Positions 25,101 to 37,149 of a stretch of 64,000 bases of DNA are shown one piece after another (within the stretch, counting starts at the first letter, position 1; the number at the start of each line of letters is the position of its first letter). Origin of the DNA: Chiloscyllium plagiosum (lineage: Eukaryota); NCBI RefSeq assembly GCF_004010195.1, contig NC_057719.1, positions 58,898,089-58,962,088 of the forward strand, read 5' to 3'. The notes beneath the pieces are model-generated. The model saw only the letters and a program-made list of their open reading frames with translations, searched no databases and was not told the origin of the DNA. Both the position numbers and the translations under genes were made by a program.

Positions 25101-28100
25101 GGAACCAATGTCGTACCCTTCATTTGCAACCATTTCCCAGTGTGTGTTCTCAGTCTGGCTGAGGTCTTGCGCAAGATCAAAGGTTGGAGTCCTGAGTGAA
25201 TCTTGTTACAGACAGGCCTTGCAACCACAGATACAGCTGCGCCGGTATTGACCTCCATGGGAACTGGGTGACCATTTAATTAAATGTTAATTTTAATCAG
25301 TTCCAAATTGGGTGTCACTAAGCAATTTAATTGCTCCAGCCCATGTGTAGGGGGACTTTCTAGCGTGTGCACTCTCCTGGGCAGCGCCACACGAGTTTTC
25401 TTACTCAAGTTAGGCCTTGTGGGACACCTTTGCTGTCTCAAGTCCACATACCAGGAGCAACTGCAATGGCTTGCTGACCAGATCCTGGTAAACTGTTTCA
25501 CTCTTCAGCCGAGTCTTGGCTTTGTTGTGGAGTTCTGTGTACAAATCGTTATTCAGTTTCTACCACCAGGAAGAAAGGAAACACCTGAGTGGCCAGTGAC
25601 AAGCAATGTCCTTCACATCAAAGGGCAATGCTGCGTGATCAAACAGTAAAGGGGAGGCCAGGAATTAAATGAAAATAGAGTTGGAGGGGGAAATAATACA
25701 CTCCACTCCCTGCGGCGCCCACCTCTCCCTGAACAACTCAAGGGTGTTGCTGGACTGCGTGCTCCTTCTCCAAGGACACCCGGGCTCTAAAATAACCACG
25801 GAAGAGGGGCAGGTAATCAGCCCTAATGAGCCCCTCCAGTTTGGCCAGTCCAGGAGCAGACCCACGAGGAGGTCTTCAGACCTGCCCTCCGTACAGGGTA
25901 CCCGAAGATCAGGAACGTGGGACTGAAGTGCAACCAGAAACAGAGAAGAAGGTTTTTAGAAAAATCAAAAAGGAAGTGCAGGCGCCCACACCCAACATAA
26001 TCTCCTTTTTTTTATTAGAATGAACAGAACTCCTGACACTTTTTTCTTTTTAATATAACCTCCACATTACCACCTAACTGTAGTAGTGCTTATATTTTCC
26101 CCAGCACCCATGTTGTGTGTGTGCAGCTGTGAGACACAGTGATAAACAACAGATGTACGAATCTTCATTCAGTTTCCACCACCAGGAAGAAAGGAAACAC
26201 CAAGATGGCCAGTAACAAGCAGTGCCCTTCTTAGGATACCGCGTGCTCCTTCTTCAGGGACAACCGGGCTCTGACATACCCACAGAAGAGGGGCAGGCAG
26301 TTAGGCGGTAGTGTGGGGCCGAAAAAAAAATTTTAAAAATAAAAAAAAACAGTTTTATCCCCAGTGGAGGGATCTCTACGTGGGAGTCCTCCCCCTTTCT
26401 CTCGGGAATCTGGGGTGGAGGGTGCTGCACGCAGCAGTCCCCTGCAACTGCAGATTGCGGTGGCTCACAGACTCCCAGCTCAACTGCTTGTTCTGTGGCG
26501 CTGTGGAGTCCGTGGACCACGTGTATATTGGGTGTGGGCGTTTGCACTCCCTTTTTGATTTCCTAAGAAACCTCCTTCTCTGTTTTTGGTTGCACTTCAG
26601 TCCCACACTCCTCATCTTCGGACACCCGGTATGGAAGGGGGAGGGCAGGTCTGAAGACCTCCTCATGGGTCTGCTCCTGGGCCTGGCCAAACTGGCCATA
26701 AACAGGTCCAGGCAGCGGGAACCACCCGAGTGGGCAGTGACAAACACTGCCCTTCACATCAAAGGGCAATGCTGCGTGATCAAACAGTGAAGGGGGAGGG
26801 TAGGGACTAAATCAAAATAGAGTTGGAGGGGGAAATAATGCACTCCACTCCCTGTGGCACCCACCTCTCCCTGAACAACTCCAGGGTGTTGGTGAACACC
26901 GCGTGCTCCTTCTCCAAGGACACCCGGGCTCTAACGTAACCGCGGAAGAGGGGCAGGCAGTCGGCCCTAACGACCCCCTCCACGGCCCGCTGCCTGGACC
27001 TGTTTATGCCAGTTTGGCCAGGCCCAAGAGCAGACCCATGAGGAGGTCTTCAGACCTGCCCTCCCTCCTCCGTACCGGGTGCCCGAAGATCAGGAACGTG
27101 GGACTGAAGTGCAACCAAAAGCAGAGGAGGAAATTTTTAAGAAAATCAAAAAGGGAGTGCAAGTGGCCACATCCAATATAACTTTCTGGTTAATATTTTT
27201 TCCAAGGTGTGTGTGTGCAGCTGTGAGACACAGTGAAAGACACAAAGTGCATGAATCTTTATTCAATTTCCCCCACCAGGAAGATAGGAAAACATCCGAG
27301 TGGCCAGTGACAAGCACTGCCCTTCACCTCAAAGGGCAGTGCTGTGTGATCAAAACAGTGAAGGGGAGGGTAGGGACTAAATCAAAATAGAGTTGGAGGG
27401 GGAACTAATGCACTCCACTCCCTGCGGCACCCACCTCTCCCTGAACAACTCCAGGGTGTTGGTGGACACCGCGTGCTCCTTCTCCAAGGACACCCGGGCT
27501 CGAACGTAACCGCGGAAGAGGGGCAGGCAGTCAGCCCTAATGACCCCCTCCACGACCTGCTGCCTGGAACTGTTTATGGCCAGTTTGGCCTCCCCACGAG
27601 GAGGTCTACAGACCTGCCCTCCCTCCTCCGTACCGGGTGCCCGAAGATCAGGAACATGGGACTGAAGTGCAACCACAAGCAGAGGAGGAAATTTTTAAGA
27701 AAATCAAAAAGGGAGTGCAAGTGGCCACATCCAATATAACTTTCTGGTTAATATTTTTTTGTTTTTGGAAGATAGGAAAACACCCGAGTGACCAGTGACA
27801 AGCAGTGCCCTTCACGAGAAAGGGCAATGCTGTGTGATCAGCATTCCTCTCTTTTTTTAAAACCCCCACACTACCACCTAAGTGCGGTAGTGCTTATTTT
27901 TTTCCCCAGCACCCATTGTGTGTGTGCAGGTGTGAGACACAGTGAAAGACACAAAGTGTACGAATATTTATTCAATTTCCACCACCAGGAAGATTGGAAA
28001 ACACCCGGGTGGCCAGTGACAAACACTGCCCTTCACATCAAAGGGCAGTGCTGTGTGATCAAAACAGTGAAGGGTAGGGACTAAATCAAAATAGAGTTGG

Positions 28101-28669
28101 AGGGAGAAATAATGCACTCCACTCCCTGCGGCGCCCACCTCTCCCTGAACAACTCCAGGGTGTTGGTGGACACCGCGTGCTCCTTCTCCAAGGACACCCG
28201 GGCTCTAACGTAACCGCGGAAGAGGGGCAGGCAGTCGGCCTTAACGACCCCCTCCACGGCCCGCTGCCTGGACCTGTTGATGGCCAGTTTGGCCAGGCCC
28301 AGGAGCAGACCCACGAGGAGGTCTTCAGACCTGCCCTCCTTCCTCCGTACCGGGTGCCCAAAGATCAGGAGCCTGGGACTGAAGTGCAGCCAGAAACAGA
28401 GGAGAAGGTTTTTAAGGAAATCAAAAAGGGAGTGCAAACGCCCACACCCAATATATACATGGTCCACGGACTCCACAGCGCCACAGAACAAGCAGTTGGG
28501 CTGGGAGTCCGTGAACCACCGCAATCTGCGGTTGCAGGGGACTGCTGCGTGCAGCACCCTAACTTTCTGGTTAATATTGGTCAGCCAAGGCTTTCCTGAT
28601 TGGCCCAGGTTAACAAACCCAATCAGAAATCTCGTTGACAATGAGGTGTACCTGGCTCCAATCACAACA
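22113..28669 (-). mobile_element. Decayed Gypsy/Ty3 LTR retrotransposon; gag and most of the 5' LTR lost or replaced by the Tx1 cluster
   Basis: Minus-strand order PR (MEVNTGAAVS), RT (IYLDDALITG), RNase H (TCEASPYDIG, VTDHKSL), IN (PWTRLHV..DYAG, DTHSKW). Polypurine tract at about 22288-22298; 3' LTR 22113-22284; 5' LTR remnant 28560-28669. Flanks AATGC and AAGGC are a candidate TSD with one mismatch. Confidence 0.88.
25536..28559. mobile_element. Cluster of about 8 5'-truncated Tx1-clade non-LTR retrotransposon fragments (mostly -, two +)
   Basis: ORF2 C-terminus WRVLHAAV...CLFCGAVESVDHVYIGC (zf-RVT-type CCHC) through RERWAPQGVECIISPSNSILI*, 3' UTR and A-rich tails. Approximate pieces: 25536-25998(-), 26041-26300(-), 26301-26349(+), 26357-26717(+), 26718-27178(-), 27198-27736(-), 27756-27842(-), 27848-28559(-). 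Confidence 0.85.
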
Positions 28670-29263
28670 AAGGCATTATGTCAAATGAATGTGAAAGTCT
28701 GATGGGAAATCATTCCAGAAGATTTGCATTGAAGTGCAGAGAATTACAGGGACAGAAATTGGCTGCTCAGTTTAACCAGTCCACGCTGGTGTTTATTTGC
28801 TATTTGTGCCTCCTTCCAAATTTCTTCACTTAAGTCCTCCATCTAAACTTTGCTTTGCCAATTGTATGTCCAGCTTTCACAAATGCATCTGTGCTAATCA
28901 ATTATACCACTCCCTGTGGTCGCACGTGGTCCACATACTTACCACTCATTGGTTGAAGGATTCCTTATTGGATTACTTTTTGCCTACGTTATATTGATAA
29001 TCTCTATTTAAGCTCCTTCACACAAGAGGAAACATTCCATCCACTTCATCAAAGCCTTTCATTAATTTTAAAACCTGCATTTAGAGACCCTTCGGTATTC
29101 TTTTTTAAAGAGAAATCAACCCATCTTGTCAATCTTTCCTAATGTGGACCTGCACATTTCTGCATCAATGTTTTACTCCTCTTTGCACGCTCTCTAGTGC
29201 CTGTCCAACCTTTGTATATTACAGTGACCAAAACTATATAGAGTGCTCTAAATGTAGTCGAGG

Positions 29264-29395
29264 AGGAGAAAGTAAGGACTGCAGATGGTGGAGATCTGAG
29301 TCGAGAGTGTTGTGCTGGAAAAGCGCAGCATGTCAGGCATCACCGAGGAGCAGGAGAATTGATGTTTTGGGCATAAGCCCTATATCAGGAATGTG
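29264..29395 (-). mobile_element. Solo Penelope terminal repeat with mutated hammerhead core
   Basis: Matches 42945-43070 and 33125-33254. Confidence 0.7.
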
Positions 29396-29565
29396 CTGCC
29401 TCGTGTTTTTCCATGGGGTCTAAAACTATTTTATGCAAGAATATGTCTATATTAAGGTGAAGATAAACAGCAACCATATTTTGTGGTGTAGCCTCACATA
29501 CATAATTGTGTCTTAGGGCTCTAATACTCTGCTGATTGCCACTGTGCATAGCATGGAGCTAAACG

Positions 29566-29877
29566 GTGGGTGGCATGGTGGCACAGTGGTTAGCACTACT
29601 GCCTCACAGCGCCAGAGACCTGGGTTCATTTCCCACCTCAGGCGACTGACTGGAGTTTGCACATTCTCCCCGTGTCTGCGTGGGTTTCCTCCAGGTGCTC
29701 CGGTTTCCTCCCACAGTCCAAAAATGTGCAGGTTAGGTGAATTGGCCATGTTAAATTGCCCGTAGTGTTAGGTGAAGGGGTAAATGTAGGGGAATGGGTC
29801 TGGGTGGGTTTCGCTTCGGCGGGTCAGTGTGGACTTGTTGGGCCGAAGGGGCTGTTTCCACACTGTAAGTAATCTAA
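29566..29877 (+). mobile_element. HE1-like SINE
   Basis: Same family as 3117-3430. Confidence 0.85.
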
Positions 29878-31079
29878 TTTAAACACTCAGTGCTAATGGC
29901 ATGTGATGCAGTCAGCTTAAGACAGTCTTAAGAGAAGCTACACTGAATGAGAAGAGGCTACTCAATGCTATTGCTGTAAGCACACCCCCAAGCATAATGC
30001 ACACAATCACAGACTTCTGATGATGTTCCTCTCCATAGATGCTACCTGACAAACTGAATATTTTCAGCAATTTTGTTTTCATCTCAGAGTTCAAGCCTCT
30101 GCAGCATTTTGCTTTGGCACTGACTTGTATCCTTTCTATTGCGGGACAAGGGATGTAAAATAAATAAGAGCAGAGCAGCATTGGCAGAGGAGGAGGACAC
30201 CTGCATGATAGCTTCAATGGGGCAAGTGATCTTCCTTATCCTGAGGCTGACTTTACAGAGTCCGTGTCTCCCAGAATTGCTGAGAACAGTGATAATTGTG
30301 ATCTGCTCCAGCCTTGCAGCACTTTGCAGTTCCCAGCTCTTTCAGGTATTATGAGTGAGCTGCATCTAGTGGTACTATGGACCTCCTGTTCGCCATCCCT
30401 CTTCCCTTATTTCATAAAAGCTTCTCCACTCCTGACTTTCTGATTACAGATACCAAAGAACTGTCATTTCCCAGCCAGGAGAGGAGAGAAAGAATAAAGC
30501 AACATTTATAACAATGCCTTGGCATTTATCTGTCCTTTGCATCCATCAGCTCAGATATTGACGCTGCATGAGTGTTATATAATTTTGATCAGTACAATGT
30601 TGCATGCGTGGCAGTAATGAGGCCAGTGTCAAAGAATGCTTGGCTTGCCAGCTCACCAGAGGGCAAGGTCACAGTTCAGATAAAAGAGTTTCACATTAGG
30701 ATCTCAAAGCAATGATATGCAGGAGAAAGCCGAAGGGAATGCCACGCTAATGCCAAATACATTGGCTGACGTTCCAGTCAGCTGTTGTCATGGTCGAGCA
30801 AGAAGCTTGTAGCCATCTGCATTGTCTGGCTTTAATTTGGCAGAGGATGCTGTACAAAATTTGCCCTCTCAGCAATCTCTGCTGCATCTCTCTGTCGTAA
30901 TGCTAATCCAGGGTGTGATAAAATGATTGCAAAGGCTGCATTTTTGAAACTGAAACTCAATAGCTCCAGATTTCTGGGAAGGGGAGTTGCCTGGCCATGG
31001 CCTCATACTTCTGAGACTCAGAGAAATTAGCCCTGACAAAGGTTGCTAGGAAAACTGAGGCTGACTACCAAAAAGAAGC

Positions 31080-33254
31080 ATCAAAAAGTGTGGCGCTAGA
31101 AAAGCACAGCAAGTCAGGCAGTATCCGAGGAGCAGGAGGGTCGATGTTTCGGGCATAAGCCCTTCTTCAGGAATGTCGTGGGGGAGGGGGGTGGAGGCGC
31201 GGAAAGGGGCTGAAAGATATATAGGAGGGTGGGAGTAGGTTTGGGTAAATGGGGGATGGAGGGGAAATGAAGAAACTGTTGATAACCACATTGATCACGT
31301 GTTGTTGCAGGATCCCAAGGTGAATATGAGGCGTTCTTCCTCCAGGTGTCGGGTGATAATGGTTTAACCTTGGAGGAGGCCCAGGACCTGCATGTCCTAA
31401 AAAGAGTGGGAAGGGGAGTTGAACTGTTCAGTCACGGGGTGGGGGATTATTGGGTGCGGGTGTCCCGAAATGTTCTTTGAAACGATCTACAAGAAGGCGT
31501 CCTGTCTTCCTGTCGTAGAAGAGACTACGTCGGGTGCAATAGATGCAGTAGATGACATTGGTAGAGGTACAGGTGAATTTCTGTTGGTTGTGGAAAGATC
31601 CCTTGGGGCCTTGGACAGAGGTGAGGGGAGTGGTGTGGGCACAGGTTTTGCACTTACTGCAGTGGCAGGGAATGGTGCCAGGAGTAGGGTGTGAGCTGGT
31701 GGGGGGTGTGGACCTGACAAGGGAGACGCGGAGGGAATGGTCTTTTCAGAACATTGATAGGGGTGGGGAGGGAAATATATCTCAGATGGTGGGGTCTGTT
31801 TGTAGGCAGTAGAAATGGCAGAAGACAGTGCACTGTATCAGATTAAATGCATTGGAAGGTGAAGACCAGGGGTGTTCTATCCTTGTTGCTGTTGGAGGGG
31901 TGGAGTTCAAGGGCGGAGGTGCAGGAGGAAAGGCGCTGGAAGGCATTGTTGATCACTTGAGAGGGGAAATCGCAGTCCTTGAAATAGAAGGTAATCTGGG
32001 ATATCCTGGAGTGGATTTGCTCCTCTTGGGAACAGATACTACGGAGGTGGAAGAATTGTGAGAGAGGGATAAGGTATTTACAGGAGAGGGTGTTGGGAGG
32101 AGATGTATTTCTGGTAATGTGATGTCCGTGTTGAGTTGTCGCTGGAGATGGAGACAAAGGGGTCCAGGAAGGGGAGGGAGGTATCTGAACTTACAGTCAG
32201 GGTCGAAGGTTTTTATGAAAGTGATGAACTGTTCAACCTCCTCATGGGTGCTTATGGTGATGCTGATACAATCATCAATGTAGTGGAGAAAAAGGTGGGG
32301 GATGGTGCCAATATAACTGCGGAAGATGGACTGTTCCACCTACCCGGCAAAGAGGCAGGCAGAGCTGGTGCCCAGGTGAATCCCCATGGGTACCCCTTTG
32401 GTCTGAAGGAAGTGGGAGGATTCAAAGAAGAAGTTGTTGAAGGTGAGGACCAGTTCCACCAATCAAAGGAGTGTGTTGGTGGAGGGGCACTGGTTGGGTT
32501 GGCACGAGAAGAAGAAATGGAGGGCTTGGAGGCTTTCGCTGTGGTGGATGGATGTGTATCTGGATGTCCATGGTGAAGATGAGGCACTGGGGGCTGGGGA
32601 AATGAAAGTCATGGAGGAGGTGGAGAGTGTGGGTGGTGTCCCGAATGATGTGAAGAGATATGTTTGGTGGGACAGGAGCAGGCCGAGACAATGGGTCAAC
32701 CAGGGTAGTCAGGTTTGTAGAGTTCGGGTAAGAGGTAGAACTGGGCAGTGGGGGGTTGTGGGTCTACGAGATTGGAGGCCATGGATGGAAGATTCCTGAG
32801 CTTATGAGGTTATGAATGATCTGGGAGCTAATGATTAGGTGATGGGAGGTGAGGTCCTGTTCTGGGAGTTGATAGTTGGGTGATGGAAGTCTGGGAGATG
32901 ATGGTTTAGCGATGGGAATCTGAGAGACCACAAAGAAGCACCAGGTTGCCAGATGAGATTCCAACTTATGGTCAGAACAGACACATGGTTTCTTCAGTGT
33001 TTCCAGCTAGACAGACAAGGGATGGGAAATGTTGAAAAGTGTGGTACTGGAAAAGCACAGAAGGTCAGACAGCTTCCGAGGGGAGCAGGAATATCGATGT
33101 TTCAGGCATAAGCTGCAGCAAAAAATTCCTGATGAAGGGCTTATGCTTGAAATGTTGATTCTCCTGCTCCTTGGATGCTCCTGACCTGCTGTGCTTTTCC
33201 AGCTTCACACTTTTCAATTTTGATCTCCAGCATCTGCAGCCCTCACTTTCTCCC
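31080..33254 (-). mobile_element. Penelope-like element (RT plus GIY-YIG remnants) with terminal repeats at both ends
   Basis: RT motifs TMDIQ and FLHYIDDCI; decayed GIY-YIG region about 31380-31620; terminal repeat 31080-31180 and palindromic repeat pair 33028-33254. Confidence 0.8.
31140..31174 (-). ncRNA. Minimal type-I hammerhead ribozyme motif (Penelope terminal repeat)
   Basis: Minus strand AUUC-CUGAAGA-A-GGGC(UUAU)GCCC-GAA-ACAU-C-GAC; catalytic core residues intact. Confidence 0.6.
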
Positions 33255-33659
33255 AAGTGATGGGATGACTTGCGGGAGCTACCCAAATATATGGAGGAGG
33301 TGGATGTTATTTTACCAGCGCCAGCCATATTGTGTACAGTGGTGTAACTGAGTAGTTGCATGAAACATATGCCATCAGAACCATCATGAGCTGACTGAAG
33401 GAGGTTATAATTGTGTCTTTTTGGTGATAATTGTATCTGTGGAACTAAGATAAATAATGCCACTTTTAAAGACCATTTAATGATTAAATGAGGGAAAGGA
33501 GTTAAACCCTTCTTCAGGAAGCCAAAGTTGTGAAAGACCTTGGGGACTGCATGTACTGCCAAATATTCTGGGGATATGACTAGTAACTCTGAGAGATTCA
33601 CCTTTGTTAAAATCAACAATTTAAATATTCTTTACTGATTCTACTGAATGCAATTTGCA

Positions 33660-34640
33660 ATTGTCTATGCCTCTATTTTTCCTGCCATAGTGCACAACCT
33701 CAAACTTTCACACATTGTATTCCATCTGTCATATTTTGCCCACTTCCAGACCTGTCCAAGTCCTTCTGCAGCTTCCACATTTCCTCAACATTACCTGTTC
33801 CTCTTCCTATGTTTGTGTCATCTGTAAACCTAGCAAAAATGCCCTCAGTTCATTTGTTCAGATAATTAATACATAATGTGAATAGTTCTGGTCCCAACAC
33901 TGATCACAGTGGAACTCCACTGTCACCAGCTGCCATCATGAAAAATACTTCTTTATCCCCACGCTCTGCTTTCTGCTAGTCAGCTAATCCCCTAACCATG
34001 CAACTTTCTTGTCCCTAACAGTATGAGCTCTTAGTTAGCAGCCTCTAGTGTGACGCATTGTTAAATGCCTTCTAGAAATCCAAATAGATCATGTCCTTTG
34101 GCTCCCCGTTATGTAACTTACTTGTTACTTCCTGAAAGATTTGTCAGACATGGCCTTCCCTTGGCGAAGCCAATCTGATCAGCCCATTTTTGCCATAGGA
34201 TTTCCAAGTAATCTGCAATCTCATCCTTAATAATGGACTGTAAAATTTTTACCAACAACTGAGGTCAGGTTAATCGGCCTACAATTTCCTGTATTTTGCC
34301 TCCCACCCTTCTGAAACAGGGGTGTTTCGTTCACCATTTTCCAGTCCTCTGGGACCCTCCCGCCTCCAGTGATCCCTGAAAGGTCACTACCAATGCCTCC
34401 ACCATCTGCTCAGCTTCCTCCTTTGGAACACTGGGGTGTAATCCACCTTGTCCCGGTGATTTAACCACCTTCCAACCTTTTAGCTTCTCTCGTACCTTCT
34501 CCTTATTGCTGATCACTATACTCACCTCAGCCCTCTGACTCTTGAAGTTCTGGAATGCTACCGGTGTCTTCCACCATGAGGACTGATGTAAAGTACCTAA
34601 CTTGTTACTTTGCCCCTTCTTTGTTCCCCAAAACTACTCC
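33660..34640 (-). mobile_element. Decayed CR1-type LINE ORF2 fragment
   Basis: KSPGQGGLHPSVPKE plus degenerate DF.KAF, GVP..SVLGP and FTDD codons. Confidence 0.7.
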
Positions 34641-35214
34641 TCCAGCTTCATTTTCCCTCCTAGGTTTCCCTTCCAATTAACCTATGAACTGTACAGGATT
34701 TAAACAGGAACTATTTTAATTAGTTATACGTCACATATCCTTTATCTGGTATTCTTCTTGACTTATTCCAGTACATACTGTTAATATTGAGGATTAAAAT
34801 CAGACAAATGAGCAGCTACTGCTTGTCAAAAAGCTGGAATCTACTTTTCACACTTTTGACTTTTGACATTCTTCATTCTTTAAAAGCCGAAATTATTTGA
34901 GTCATGCCAGCATGTTAATGGATGGTCACAAATGCATGTTAGTGAACTGTGGAGTTCAAAATGTTTCATATTTTGAAGATAAATCAGCAAAAAAAACATT
35001 ACTTGTAGAGTATTGATGAATTCAGAAGACCAAGTAAAGAGGACTAATTTCAGGTACGTATCTGAATAACACAGGTGATAGTTTGCTGAGTAATGAAAAG
35101 GGGGTTTTCAGAATGGTCAGAATGCTAACATATATACATAAAATGCTTACATCCTATTATTATTGAATCAGAGCCATTTCTGTATGGCTAATCTAGTTTC
35201 TGTTTTAATTCCAG

Positions 35215-35365
35215 ATCTATTTGCTTAGCTCATATAAATCTTGGGCTTATTTATCTTCTAAAATTGGACTACTATTATGAAGCAATCCGTAAATTTTCAA
35301 ATGCCTTAAAGGTTGAACCAACTTCAACAAGAGCGTATGTATGCCGGGCAAAGGCGTATCAGAAG
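35215..35365 (+). CDS. TTC6: TTC6 internal coding exon B
   Basis: ttttaattccag acceptor, GTATAC donor. AG+A gives Arg, then SICLAHINLGLIYLLKLDYYYEAIRKFSNALKVEPTSTRAYVCRAKAYQK (TPR). 151 nt, ends in phase 0. Confidence 0.9.
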
Positions 35366-35509
35366 GTATACAAATATTTGAAACAAAATTGAAAAACTGA
35401 TTTTTGATGTTCAGTTCACTATGTCTTTCTTAGTATATTTTTGCATTGATTAAAGTTCCAATCTTAATCCCTGTCAAGAATTAGCTGATCTTCTGGACAA
35501 TTTGTTGGT

Positions 35510-36530
35510 TATTCATTTTTGGGATGAAAGCATTGCTGGCTGGTCCAGCATTTCCTCATTGCCTTTGAGGTGGTAATGAGCTGGCTTCTTGAATCAATGC
35601 GGACCGTTTAGTGTGGATAAACCCATTTTGGGAGGGAGTTCCAGGATTTGGACTCTGTGGCACTGAAGAAACAGTAACATGTTTCCGAGACAGGATAGCG
35701 ACTGGCTTGGAGAGGAAATAATAGGTAGTATCATCCCATGTGCCACCTTTATCCTTCTAGATTGTTGTGTGGTGGCTGATATGATAGGGGCATTTAAAAG
35801 ACTTTTGGATATGCAAGGAATGGAAGGGTATGGACCAAGGGCAGGCAGATGGGATTAGTCTAATTTGGCATCATGTTCAGCACAATATCATGGGTCAAAG
35901 GGCCTGTTCCTGTGTTATATTGTTCTATGTTCAATGTTGTGTTTGTGGGATGGTAAGTGCTGTCTAAAGAGCCTTGATGAATTTTAAGAATGGTACACTG
36001 CACTGTTTCTGTGCATTGATGGTAGAGGGAGGGAAGTCTGAAGATGTGGTTCTAATCAAACAGGCTGATTTGACCTGATTGTTTTCATGCTTCATGAACA
36101 TTGTTAGAGCCACACTCACCCAGTGAAGTGCGAAGCATTCTATCACACTCCTGTCTTGTGCCGTGTAGATGGTGGACAGGCTTTGGGGAGTCAGGAGGTG
36201 AGTTATTCACGCAGTATTCATAGCCATTGACCTGCTCTTATAACTATTGTATTTATGTCGAAAATCCTGCTCAGATTCTAGTTAATAGTAACCCCCAGGA
36301 TGCAATGCAGGATTCAGTAGTCGTGTTGCTATTAAATGTTAAAGGGTAATGATTAGATTCTCCCTTACTGGAAATGGTCATTGCAATGTACTTATGTGGT
36401 GTGAAGTTCATTGCCACTTGTAAAGTGGACATCGGCACCTGGATATTATTTTGCTGGATTGCTAAGGTGTTGTGAATGGTGCTGAACATTGAGTAATCAT
36501 CAGTAACCATGCCCAGTTCTGACCTTTATA
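35510..36530 (-). mobile_element. Decayed CR1/L2-group LINE 3' fragment with a + strand CR1 tail at about 35790-35935
   Basis: Homologous to 2420-3620. Confidence 0.6.
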
Positions 36531-37149
36531 TTCTTGTGAAATATGCTCTTTTCACAAATGCAAGTCAAGATGAAAAGTTTTAACAAAATGTGTCTTTTTT
36601 CAGTATTATTCTCATTATCTAATGATACAAAAATGGTTAGGAACCCGGTTGACTCGTGGAATCATACCCCATTTTAATATGATACAATCCTACTGAGGCC
36701 CCTGTTTCTTTGTTTCTCTCCCTACCCTGTCTTTATTCCTTTTGGTCCTGAAAGACTAATTCTGTTATTGTCTCTCTTGTCTTCCATCCTATCACAGACC
36801 TTACTTCTTGTCCTTATCCCGTCTACTCTTGCTTAAAACCTATTGCAAATTTAATTTCCCAGCTCTGCTGAAAGATCAAATATGGGACAGACTTTCCAAT
36901 AATCAGACAGTTGTTATGCCAGCATCGAGAGGAGGTGTGAACATCAAATAACTCTGAAGGAATTGCCCAGGAAGTTAAAGATTCCACTGAGCAGATCCTC
37001 TACATCTGGAACCCTCTGAAAGTCTCCATAAAGACTAAAGACTTTGGATGGTTCCAAAGAAATTAAGTAAAATGGTTACTCTGGAAAAACTAGATATAGG
37101 GTAATTCCCGAGTAACTATTCAGCTGACCCCATACTCAGCTCACTCTCA

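Noticed and set aside
27179..28578. Thrice-repeated 19-mer as a CRISPR-like array
   Set aside because: Eukaryotic context; the intervening sequences are 540-800 bp homologous Tx1 fragments, so the repeat is better explained as a TSD.
29890..30960. Possible old DNA-transposon coding remnant
   Set aside because: No ordered diagnostic motifs could be read.
33065..33619. 184-aa minus-strand ORF and similar antisense ORFs over repeats
   Set aside because: No domain signal; chance or shadow ORFs overlapping TE sequence.
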